A stretch of 64,000 bases of DNA from Candidatus Bathyarchaeota archaeon (GTDB lineage Archaea > Thermoproteota > Bathyarchaeia > Bathyarchaeales > Bathycorpusculaceae): assembly GCA_963767735.1 (NCBI GenBank), contig CAVYES010000004.1, forward strand, positions 1 to 64,000, written 5' to 3'. The notes under the pieces were generated by a model. It was not told the DNA's origin, did no database searches, and saw only the letters and a list, made by a program, of their open reading frames with translations. Position numbers and translations under genes: made by a program. Of the stretch, positions 1 to 8,648 are shown piece after piece (the stretch's first letter is position 1; each line of letters begins with the position of its first letter).

Positions 1-283
1 TTGCTCCTTTTGCCAATTGGAGCTTAACTATTTCTTATTTACGCAAATAGGGCTCAATAAACGCTAAAAAATTGGCTGATAGGGTTCAGTTTATCGCGTA
101 AAAAGACTTTTCATTTAAATTGCACATGCCACAGCACTTTTAAACCATTTTGGAGAGATGAAGACTTTTACAAGCGCGAAATTAATTTAACGTTTATTTT
201 AGTGGGTTTGGGCGCTGGTTTCAGAACGGCTTTTTTAAGATGCCAATCTCCTCTCGTCAGAACACCACAAATGATAAGAGACT

Positions 284-946
284 ATGCCTGCTAATGAGAT
301 ATCGAAGGTGGACATCGTGGTTAAGATTAAAGAGATGCCCTTCGATGAAAAGTGCAAACACATTCTTGACAGCCAAAAGCTTATAGAGACTACTGCTCTG
401 CCGATCGTGAAAGAAGACTTAGGAGACAAAAAGGTGGCTGAACTCAAAAGCACATGGCAAAAGCAGTCAGAAAAAATTCCTGACGGTGCTTCCGACGAAG
501 AAAAATATGAAGTCGCCCTTCACAACTGGCTACGAAATTATCAAAGTGCCTACGATTTAATAAACGATAAACTCGGCAAAAGTGGAATTGAAAAGCTCAA
601 TAATGCTTATTGCAAGGAATTGGAACGGCAAATGGGCGGCGCCGGTCTATACTTATATAAATTGATGCGAGCCATGGCGCCTCAGACTGCTTTTCGAACC
701 GCAGGAAAACAAATGGCATATCAATTTCAGTTCGTTACTTCCTATTCTGTACCTGAATTCACTGGGCAACGCATGATCTGGGACATACCGAACTGCAAGT
801 TCTTAGACGTCGAAGGCTGTGACGCCGGCTGCGAAGTTATGTGCCAGAAGATCACTCCGCTTTTGCTGGAAAAACAGTTTAAAATAAGAAACACTTATGA
901 ACGAAAAGAAGGAAAAAGCTGCGTCGCCACATTCACACCCATTTAG
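284..946 (+). CDS. Uncharacterised protein with C-terminal Cys-rich V4R/ATC-hydrolase-like domain (paralog of 1209-1835)
   Basis: 220-aa ORF. Likely start is GTG 317 (SD-like AAGGTGG; aligns with the paralog's start). C-terminal PNC..C..C...C...KSC pattern. Confidence 0.6.
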   Translation: MPANEISKVDIVVKIKEMPFDEKCKHILDSQKLIETTALPIVKEDLGDKKVAELKSTWQKQSEKIPDGASDEEKYEVALHNWLRNYQSAYDLINDKLGKSGIEKLNNAYCKELERQMGGAGLYLYKLMRAMAPQTAFRTAGKQMAYQFQFVTSYSVPEFTGQRMIWDIPNCKFLDVEGCDAGCEVMCQKITPLLLEKQFKIRNTYERKEGKSCVATFTPI

Positions 947-1208
947 CATCCCAAAACGGCAGACTATGCATTTGCATCAAGTCTAGCCGATTTTTCTTTT
1001 CAGGCTATATCGTTTTCTATATCGTTTTTCTAAGCGGCTTTTACTGGAGTTTTCTTAGCATTAGAAAGGATTTTTACTGAGGTCAGTTTAGCTTGCCGTC
1101 CCTGTCCCGAAATTATGTGATTTGGAACTAATGTTATACTTTTTTTAAATGATTCTGACATCTGGTTCTTTTCAAATGATAAATTGACGCTTAGCGCTCG
1201 TTAGTACG

Positions 1209-1835
1209 TTAAAGGGGTGTAAAGGTAACGGTGCAACTCTTCCCAACTGGCTCTAATGCCATTTTAATTTTGAACTGTTCTTTCAGCCAAAGGGGTATAA
1301 GCTTCTGGCAAGCAACTGTGCAGGTATCTTCACAACCTTCATAATCAAGAGTTTTGCAGTGCGGTACAGATAGAACTATGCGTTTCCCAGTGAATTCAGG
1401 TACTGAAAAATCCATATAGGCTTGCCATTGATATGCAAACTGCTTTCCAAAAGTCCGAAAAGCAGTCGGAGGCGAAATCGCCCTTACGAAGTTCATCATA
1501 TACAAAGCGGCTCTTGGGAATTGCTTCTCCCAATAATTAACAGCTCGGTGTACAAACTCTTCAGTTCCACTCTCACCCAACTCATTGCGCACTAAATCGT
1601 AGGCGCTTTGCCAATTTCTCAACCAGTTGCTATAAGCTATTTCATACTTCTCTTCGTAGGACGCGCCTTCAGGAATAACTTTCGACTGTTTCTGCAATGT
1701 ACTTTTCAATTCGTCTAGCTTGCCGTCACCCAAACGTTCTTTCACAAGTGGAAAACCGAAAGTCTCCAAAGCTTTCATGCCATTAATGCAAAATTCATAC
1801 TTCGCTTTGAACGGCATTTCTTTTATCTTGACCAA
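1209..1835 (-). CDS. Paralog of 284-946, V4R/ATC-hydrolase-like
   Basis: Shares VKIKEMPF, EEKYE, NWLRN.QSAYDL, TAFRT.GKQ.AYQ, SVPEFTG.R, EGC, CQK, QFKI, GKSC..TFTP with ORF 284-946. Confidence 0.7.
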   Translation of the reverse strand: MVKIKEMPFKAKYEFCINGMKALETFGFPLVKERLGDGKLDELKSTLQKQSKVIPEGASYEEKYEIAYSNWLRNWQSAYDLVRNELGESGTEEFVHRAVNYWEKQFPRAALYMMNFVRAISPPTAFRTFGKQFAYQWQAYMDFSVPEFTGKRIVLSVPHCKTLDYEGCEDTCTVACQKLIPLWLKEQFKIKMALEPVGKSCTVTFTPL

Positions 1836-2080
1836 AAGTTTCCCTCAATATAATATAATGCTGTTTCATTAATAAAATTATGTTATTCGATGTAATTCAT
1901 GACGTTTTGCGATTTAATTCTCTGTTTCAGCAACTATATCCTGTTTCAGAAAAGCAATCTTCATATCTCTATTCTACACTTTTCAGATTTGAGACTTATG
2001 AAAACTTGGAAACAGAGCCGAAGTAAAAGCTTTCTAAATATCTCAAGAAGAAAGCTACGCTTGAAGAAAATACCTGAAGC

Positions 2081-2154
2081 TTTTCGTGTGGAATTTAAAC
2101 GTGGATGTAAACCTAACATCCCGAGCTTTACTCCTTTTAAAAAATAGGGTTTGA
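2081..2154 (+). repeat. Dispersed direct repeat family A, copy 1
   Basis: TTTTCGTGTGGAATTTAAACGTGGATGTAAACCTAACATCCCGAGC..., matching 5027-5073 and 5774-5850. Confidence 0.85.
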
Positions 2155-2315
2155 TTATTCGTCATTACTGGAAATAGCGCTTGAAAATGACTCAAAAATA
2201 AATCAATGCCTCCCCTTTATCACATAAATCCGTTTAGCTTTTGAACTAACGCACATAGCAACCTCTTCGATTGTAGAGCACTTAGAATTGGGCTTGGGCG
2301 CACAGCCTTAAATTA

Positions 2316-2343
2316 TGAAGCCCGGAAGAAATTCGAACCCCAC
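2316..2343 (-). other. Degenerate tRNA 3'-end-like fragment (possible att remnant)
   Basis: Minus strand GTGGGGTTCGAATTTCTTCCGGGCTTCA has a T-loop GGTTCGAAT and acceptor-like 3' end; T-stem pairs poorly and there is no 5' half. Confidence 0.25.
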
Positions 2344-2446
2344 CTTATCGGTTAAAACGTTATCTGCCCAAGCATAATTCTCCGGTTTAAAGTATGAAAC
2401 ATTCTGTTGCTTTCTCACTTCAGACTTGTATTTTACAGTTATAGAG

Positions 2447-3154
2447 TTATTGAGTAGTTTTCAAAGCTGTTTTCAGATCTTGAGTTAAAGATTTCAGTTG
2501 AGCGCTGGTTAATGTATTTTGGAGAAACAAGGTGAAAGTGAATTGTCCATTATGGACGTATTCGGAACTCCATGCTGGGACTGAGATGCCATTTGAGGTT
2601 GTGAATGTTTCAAATGGATACTTGTTGACATAAGAGGCAAGTGCATGGTTTATCACATCGCTTGTTGCTAATTGAAAAGTTTCCTGCGTTCCAGTTACGT
2701 TAAACAAGTACTGAATAGTGTTGGGGTTAGAATATGGACCTGCTCCATTCTCTTGTTTCCAATATGTTACGTTGAAGTTTGATTGTGTTTGATACAGGGT
2801 AACTAGCAACGATGAAACAACAATAATACATGTAAGCAGAATTACAGCTGTAACAGCTAATTTTTTGCTTCTTGTTTTTTGCTGGTGAGCTTTAACAGAC
2901 TGATCTGGAAACTTGTCAAGCAACTGAATCGCCAAGTGGCCTTTTTCTGTTAGAACGTACCTTCCGTCGTCTTGTTTTTCTATCAGGCTGCCTAGTATCT
3001 TTAGATGATAATTGAGTCTGCCTGTGTTAGTAATTCTTGCGAGTTCCATGAGTTCAACGTAGGATAGCGGGCCTTTAGCGTTGAGGCACTGCAGAATGTC
3101 TCTACGGGTGCTGTCTTTAAGGATTTTGTGAAGATTTGAGAATTCAACCGTCAT
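2447..3154 (-). CDS. Membrane-anchored winged-HTH (ArsR-like) regulator with extracytoplasmic C-terminal domain
   Basis: N-terminal LKDSTRRDIL...LNYHLKIL..LIEK..DGRYVLTEKG wHTH, then one TM helix (LAVTAVILLTCIIVVSSLLV). Confidence 0.8.
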   Translation of the reverse strand: MTVEFSNLHKILKDSTRRDILQCLNAKGPLSYVELMELARITNTGRLNYHLKILGSLIEKQDDGRYVLTEKGHLAIQLLDKFPDQSVKAHQQKTRSKKLAVTAVILLTCIIVVSSLLVTLYQTQSNFNVTYWKQENGAGPYSNPNTIQYLFNVTGTQETFQLATSDVINHALASYVNKYPFETFTTSNGISVPAWSSEYVHNGQFTFTLFLQNTLTSAQLKSLTQDLKTALKTTQ

Positions 3155-4679
3155 GGGGAATTACTCCTTCTTTTTTCACGTATGAGGGCGGTCATTACAG
3201 CTACAAATGCAGCAGCAAAGACAACGAGAAGTACAATTAGGACGACATAGATCTCAGAATGGGCAGGATTCGATGTAACGGGGTTTTCTGAGGATGTCTG
3301 CGAAGGGGTAGGAGTTGGAGAAGTGTTCGGTGTGGGGTTTGTTGATGATGGGGCGGGTGGCGGGGTTGGTGTTGGGCCTACAGGTGACGCTGTTGGGACG
3401 GGCGCTGTGTGGCTAATGTTTGGGGTTGCCTGAGCGTTAGGTGCGTTGAGGAAGGGAACGAAATCTACCGTTCCTAAGTTGAAGTTGTTTTTGGAGTCGT
3501 GAATTGTTTGGTTGATCACTTGGGTGTCAGTGCTTCCCCACCAATTGTAGGTTGCGTTAAGGTTGTTTGCGGATGTTAGGCTTACGCTTTGAATGTGTTT
3601 CCTTGGATGTTGTTGTTCAGGACCGATGAGGGTGAGGTCGCCGAGATTCCGACGGTGCAGTTGGTGATTGTGTTGTCTTGGATTGAGTTTGCGGTGGATA
3701 TTTGGATTCCATTTGTGGCGTTGCTGATGAGGTTTCTTTGGATGGTTGCGGTGACAGTATTGTCGTTTTGGATGCCTCCTGCGCCTGAGTCAAAGGTGCT
3801 GATGCCAGTTGTGCAATAGTAAATTGTGTTGTCTGAGATTAGAACTTGCCCGGTGCCGCCTCCTATTGCGATTCCTTCGCTGCAACCATAAATCAAATTG
3901 CCATTGACTGTTGCATTGTAATTGTTGTTGAAGCCGTCATCGCCAGCGTCGAAACCTATGCCCGCAGCGTTGCCGGTAATAACATTGTTGCTTATCAGCG
4001 GCGAGCTTTTATCTTCCACCGCGACCACATCGTAGTCCCGGTCATAGTCTCTTCCAACCCAGAAAATGCCGCTGCCGCCAGAAATGTTGTTTCCGGAAAC
4101 GGTGGGGGAACCTCCTATGATGCCTAAGCCGCCTGTGATTTGGCTGTTTGAAACTGTTGATGAGCCTCCGTGGCATTCGATTCCCCAAATAGTATCTTGG
4201 TCTATCTTTATGGTGACGTTGTAGATGTATACGTTGCAGTTGAGAATTGCGTTTTGTATTATGGAGCCTGACCCGAGGTCTGAATCGATGATATCTTTAA
4301 TATCGCTTAACTGGTTGAAGCTGATGTAGCTGCTGATTTGGGTTGGCGAGGTTAGGAAGGTTGGTCTGGAGGGGAAGTTGCAGTTAAAAGTGATCGGGTT
4401 GGTGTTGGTGCCTTTTGCGACCAGGGTGCCGTTTACTTGGAAACAGTAGGTGTTCATGTTTACTGTGACGCCTGGTTCAATCGCCAGAGTTGTGCCGGGG
4501 GCTATTGCCACTGGACCGTTGAAGCTGTAGGGGCTGCCTGCGGCGTTCCATATGGTGTTCGAACTTATTATTCCGTTAAACGATGTGCCGCTCTGAGCTA
4601 CACTAGATTGTACAGTACTTACTATTATAAACCCGCTTACGAGAAAGACAATCAGAAATGCGTACAATAGTAGTTTCAT
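3151..4679 (-). CDS. Secreted/surface parallel beta-helix (NosD/CASH-like) protein with Pro/Thr linker and C-terminal TM anchor; one frameshift near 3590
   Basis: ORFs 3582-4679 and 3151-3519 join via shifted frame ...SVSLTSANNLNATYNWWGSTDTQVINQTIHD; signal peptide and Asn-rich repeats. Confidence 0.8.
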
Positions 4680-5026
4680 ATGGACGAGCCCCGCTCTAAT
4701 GCTGCAATATTGTATTTCATAAAATAGGTTTAAGGATATCTGACTAAATATTTTATCAGAATTTTATCAAACCTCTGCGAAACAGTTTTGCTTCAAGTTT
4801 AGTCGCAAGGTTTCTAAAATATTGAATGTAGTAGGAAGTTGGGGTTTGATGTAGCAATAAGGCAGTTCAAAGGCACAGGGTTTTTTATTCCGCAGAAAAC
4901 AACATAATTTCACACAACTTGAGCGCGTTGGAGTAAGTCCGGTCTGACTCATGTTCGAGTAAAATTTGGAAGTTTTAACCCAATTGATTTAGCGAAGGGG
5001 ATTTGTTTGGTTGTTTATCGATGGGC

Positions 5027-5073
5027 TTTCTCGCGTGAAATTTAAACGTGAATTTAAACCTAACATCCCGCGC
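5027..5073 (+). repeat. Dispersed direct repeat family A, copy 2
   Basis: TTTCTCGCGTGAAATTTAAACGTGAATTTAAACCTAACATCCCGCGC. Confidence 0.85.
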
Positions 5074-5201
5074 CATTTCCAAATTCACCCTAACGGCACC
5101 GGCTTGAAGTTCCGCGAGACTCCCTAAACTGCCAAACCGCCAGCTCGTCTGTTGAGGAAAAGCCTATAATCACCGCTACTATTACTGCTTTGGCGATTAT
5201 T

Positions 5202-5627
5202 ATGGAATTGAACGAGCTTCTCAAGTTTGTAACCGACAACCCAATCAGCTTCTTCGCTACCTTAGACGGCGACCAGCCGAAAGTACGTGCGTTGCAGCTT
5301 TTCTCCGCCGACAAAACCGGCCTCTACTACAGCACCGACGCCAGCAAAGATGTCTACAAGCAGCTTAAAGTCAACCCCAAAGTGGAAGTCTGCTTCTTCG
5401 ACCCCAAAAGCAAAACTGGAGACATGGTGCGGGTCACGGGCAAGGTGGAGTTTGTGCAAGATATAGAGATGAAGCGGAAAGTGATAGAAGCGAGACCCTT
5501 CCTTAAACAAATGGGTATTACGGCAGAAAGCCCCGGGTTTCTCATCATGAAAGTAGCAAAATGCCAGGCTCACCACTGGAGCAGAGCTAACATGATGGAG
5601 CCCAAAAAATACATAGAATTCGGCTAA
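5202..5627 (+). CDS. Pyridoxamine 5'-phosphate oxidase-like FMN-binding protein
   Basis: FFATLDGDQPKVR...YYST...KDVYKQLKVNPKVEVCF split-barrel motifs. Confidence 0.85.
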   Translation: MELNELLKFVTDNPISFFATLDGDQPKVRALQLFSADKTGLYYSTDASKDVYKQLKVNPKVEVCFFDPKSKTGDMVRVTGKVEFVQDIEMKRKVIEARPFLKQMGITAESPGFLIMKVAKCQAHHWSRANMMEPKKYIEFG

Positions 5628-5773
5628 ACCCTACCTGTCTTTTCGATAGCGAACGGAAAACCAGAGACAAATTTTTTTGTTTTTTCTTTCGGTTGAACTT
5701 CTTTGAACTTTTTCGTTAACCACCACTCTTATGAAATATTCTGGATATCAGCAGTGCTTGAAACATATTCAAT

Positions 5774-5850
5774 TTTCTCGTGTGAAATTTAAACGTGGGT
5801 GTAAACCCTAACATCCAGCGCTTTTGCCCATTTTGCAAAATTGGGATTGA
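5774..5850 (+). repeat. Dispersed direct repeat family A, copy 3
   Basis: TTTCTCGTGTGAAATTTAAACGTGGGTGTAAACCCTAACATCCAGCGC..., with a tail similar to copy 1. Confidence 0.85.
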
Positions 5851-5903
5851 AAACTAATTATTTATCTAAATAGAGACCAAAAAAGAGTAAATAATCTGCC
5901 GTA

Positions 5904-6380
5904 TTAAATAGTTGAGGGCGCGTGGTAGAGCCTATCGTATAGATAACCAATGACTATTCCAAGAGCAAGAAATCTTGGCACGTTCAATCCTGCGCCGACC
6001 AAAAGGTAGAAAGGGGATTTGCTGAGATTAAGAAAAATTGAAAAGGCTTCGATAATGACTAAGACAACAAAACTGAGAATCACAGACTTTAGAATTGAAT
6101 TCTTTGTTGGAATCTTATCAAAAAAACGAAGCAAGAAATAGCTGACGCCGCATCCTATAATCAGTCCACCAAACAAAGATTCGACAAGAACCATTGGAAG
6201 ATAAGAAATTGAGAAGGCAGCTCTATACTCCGCAGCGATGGGAAGAAAGGTAGTTGCGAAGTTAACTGCCCAGAAGGCTAATCCGCCCGCGATAGCCAGC
6301 GTTAATGCCTTCTTGTAGACCCCGTATGATGTCTGTCGCTTGTCTCGAACTGTTGTTCCCATGGTATCAGCTAACACCAA
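5904..6380 (-). CDS. Small integral membrane protein (about 4 TM)
   Basis: 158-aa hydrophobic ORF overlapping the end of the upstream gene. Confidence 0.7.
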   Translation of the reverse strand: MVLADTMGTTVRDKRQTSYGVYKKALTLAIAGGLAFWAVNFATTFLPIAAEYRAAFSISYLPMVLVESLFGGLIIGCGVSYFLLRFFDKIPTKNSILKSVILSFVVLVIIEAFSIFLNLSKSPFYLLVGAGLNVPRFLALGIVIGYLYDRLYHAPSTI

Positions 6381-7104
6381 CTAAAGGTGGTTTCTGGTCC
6401 TTTACACCCTTAATCAAAAGCCACAAACTGAGTGAAATTTCCGCAATGAAACTAACCGCGAGACCTGGATAAGATAATAATGCGTATCCGGGGAAAAGGA
6501 AAAACTGGAAGAACCAAATCAGAACGCCAAAAAAATCAAGGATCAACAGTATGCCCAAAATTCTAGGAAGAATGCGCGACTTGTAAACTAAGTAACCAAG
6601 AGGAAGTAACCAAGTGCCAAAAAATAACTGGGCGATCATAAACCCATTTGTGTATGAATTGAGAAATGACATTGCCATGGCTTGCAGTTGACCTGTTTGA
6701 AATACGCTTAAGTAATTGGCACCACTCAAAAGCTGAAGGGCAGCAAATAGATTTAGCGCATTAATACACTCTATAGCGACACCTGCTAAGTTCAATAATA
6801 AGAAAAGCAAAGCAAGGTTTCTGTTAACTGGTTTTAATAACACGTATAAAGCCCATGCCGCTAAAACAAAAAACAAAGCCGAGAGTAGCTCGCTCATAAA
6901 ACCGATTCGAAATAGCCCCTGCGAAGACATAATATTGTTAGCTGTGGTCGCTGCATCTCCGAACATAAGGAGTTTTGAGCGAATAAGAGATGCAGAGATA
7001 AAAGTAATAAAAAACATGAGATAAAAAAAGCCTGCTATTCTTGCCGTCTTGTTTGGAGATTGATCTGCGATCTGGCTGATGGACTTTTCTCCTTCAATTG
7101 GCAT
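6367..7104 (-). CDS. DUF4386-like multi-pass membrane protein
   Basis: ARIAGFFYL...DAATTANNI...LFRIG...LY..LKPVN...FFG.W..PLGYL.YKS..LPR.LG; start set to ATG 7104. Confidence 0.75.
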   Translation of the reverse strand: MPIEGEKSISQIADQSPNKTARIAGFFYLMFFITFISASLIRSKLLMFGDAATTANNIMSSQGLFRIGFMSELLSALFFVLAAWALYVLLKPVNRNLALLFLLLNLAGVAIECINALNLFAALQLLSGANYLSVFQTGQLQAMAMSFLNSYTNGFMIAQLFFGTWLLPLGYLVYKSRILPRILGILLILDFFGVLIWFFQFFLFPGYALLSYPGLAVSFIAEISLSLWLLIKGVKDQKPPLVGVS

Positions 7105-7302
7105 TGAAATACACGATCTTTTGTTTATCGCTGTATAAGGCTTATAAGTTTTTTCAAGCGGGCAATCGCGAAACAGATATAATGTAATGGTAACGTTATT
7201 CTCAGAATCTAAAGAGGGCAACCCCCCATATTATCAACGGGAAAGCTGCTAAGTCTGGTTGAAAGGCCGCGTCTGAGTAAAAATATTTTAATCTCCTTTC
7301 TG

Positions 7303-7986
7303 TTGCTGTTTCTAGTAAGCGTGAGACTTATGGCAGTGCCGACAAACATGGAATGCAATAAAATCATCGATCAATTAATTGAATCTCGAAGGTCCATAAG
7401 AAAATTCAAGCTCGAAGCACCACCAAAAGAAAGCATCGAGCAAATCCTTCAAGCAGGTCTTCTAGCACCCTTCGCTGGCGCGGGCGTATCGCGAGAAGAT
7501 TTTAGGCGATTCATTGTTATACCGAGAGAAAGCAAAGCTACGGATCAAATTGCGGCCATTTTAAAGCGGCAGGTGCAATCTTGGAGTAAACATATTGAAA
7601 CGCAAATGCAAACTGACGAATTTCTTCAGAAGCATGCGGGTCCTTTTCTTGGGAGGCTTAAAATGATGAGTGAACAAGGAATACCAAATGTTGGAAAGGC
7701 ACCTTACTATATTGTGGTAGCTGAACAAAGGGGTTTTCCACCCGCTGAGCAGCTTTCTTTAGCTCATTGTCTACAAAATATGTGGCTAAAAGCTACGGCT
7801 TTGGGTCTTGGAATGCAGCTTCTTTCAATTACTGAACAATTGGACAGGGATAAAGAATTTTGCGATTTAATAAAAATTCCAGTTGGTGAATTCGCAATAG
7901 ACGGTTGCTTAATCGGCTATCCAGACATGAACCCGCAGGTGCCAAAGAGACCGAGCTTAAACCAAGTTACCCAGTGGATTAGCTGA
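7303..7986 (+). CDS. Nitroreductase family protein
   Basis: RRSIRKF, LLAP, QNMWLKATALGLG, IGYP motifs; true start probably 7330 or 7348. Confidence 0.85.
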   Translation: MLFLVSVRLMAVPTNMECNKIIDQLIESRRSIRKFKLEAPPKESIEQILQAGLLAPFAGAGVSREDFRRFIVIPRESKATDQIAAILKRQVQSWSKHIETQMQTDEFLQKHAGPFLGRLKMMSEQGIPNVGKAPYYIVVAEQRGFPPAEQLSLAHCLQNMWLKATALGLGMQLLSITEQLDRDKEFCDLIKIPVGEFAIDGCLIGYPDMNPQVPKRPSLNQVTQWIS

Positions 7987-8059
7987 TTTAGAGTTGCTAA
8001 GCACTCACTCATTTTCTTGCTATCTTTAGCGCGCCGCGCTCGATCAGGAAACAACTAAT

Positions 8060-8146
8060 GGCTTTTCTTGACTTTCTTTGACTTATATCGACTTTTTTGA
8101 CTCAACCTGCAAACGAATTGAACCCTAAATCAAAAGCAGCCCAAAC
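8060..8146 (+). repeat. Repeat family B copy 1: GACTT-based 10-bp array plus conserved motif
   Basis: GGCTTTTCTT GACTTTCTTT GACTTATATC GACTTTTTT GACT, then CAACCTGCAAACGAATTGAACCCTAAATCAAAAGCAGCCCAAAC from 8103. Confidence 0.85.
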
Positions 8147-8200
8147 GAAAGATTAGTGGCGACGCAACTGTTGTGTACGAAATACTTTTTTTGCCTCGCT

Positions 8201-8302
8201 TGTCCTTCTGTGTCCTTTCGTGTCCTTTCTTATCCTTCTGTGTACTTTTGTGTACGCAACCTGCAAACAATTCAAGCCTAAACCAAAAAAGCAACCCAAA
8301 AC
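8201..8302 (+). repeat. Repeat family B copy 2: TGTCCTT-based 10-bp array plus conserved motif
   Basis: TGTCCTTCTG TGTCCTTTCG TGTCCTTTCT TATCCTTCTG TGTACTTTTG TGTACG, then CAACCTGCAAACAATTCAAGCCTAAACCAAAAAAGCAACCCAAAAC from 8257. Confidence 0.9.
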
Positions 8303-8370
8303 AACCAGAACAGTCAGGCAGCACTTACAAATGTTATATCCTCTTCAAAAAGGCGCAAAAGGACACAGAA

Positions 8371-8517
8371 ATACATTCTGCTACACTTCGCTACGTTCTG
8401 CTACATTTGTGTACGCGATTATTTGCGATTAAACGCGATTATTCTCGATTATTTGCGATTATTCTAGATTCAACCTGCAAGCAATTTAAGCCCCAAACAA
8501 AAAAAGCAACCCAAAAC
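8371..8517 (+). repeat. Repeat family B copy 3: two stacked 10-bp arrays plus conserved motif
   Basis: ATACATTCTG CTACACTTCG CTACGTTCTG CTACATTTGT, then GTACGCGATT ATTTGCGATT AAACGCGATT ATTCTCGATT ATTTGCGATT ATTCTAGATT, then CAACCTGCAAGCAATTTAAGCCCCAAACAAAAAAAGCAACCCAAAAC from 8471. Confidence 0.9.
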
Positions 8518-8648
8518 ACAAAGCAAAAATTTTGCGCGAGAAAACACCCGAAAAAACCCGTCGTCATCTGCGAAAGACTTAAAGTGTGTTCTGCGCCACA
8601 AATATAGTGTTAAATGTAAACTTTTTTCACGAAAAGGAGACTGATTTC

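Noticed and set aside
981-1060. CTATATCGTTTT tandem repeat as another family B copy
   Set aside because: Period is 12-13 bp and the match to the conserved motif is too weak.
1899-2147. 82-aa ORF
   Set aside because: No recognisable motifs; runs through repeat A copy 1.
5691-5712. TTGAACTT repeated at 10-bp spacing
   Set aside because: Only two units, in a T-rich terminator-like region, with no clear motif.
8060-8517. CRISPR array interpretation
   Set aside because: Motif copies are divergent, intervening DNA is long, irregular and itself repetitive, and no cas genes are present.
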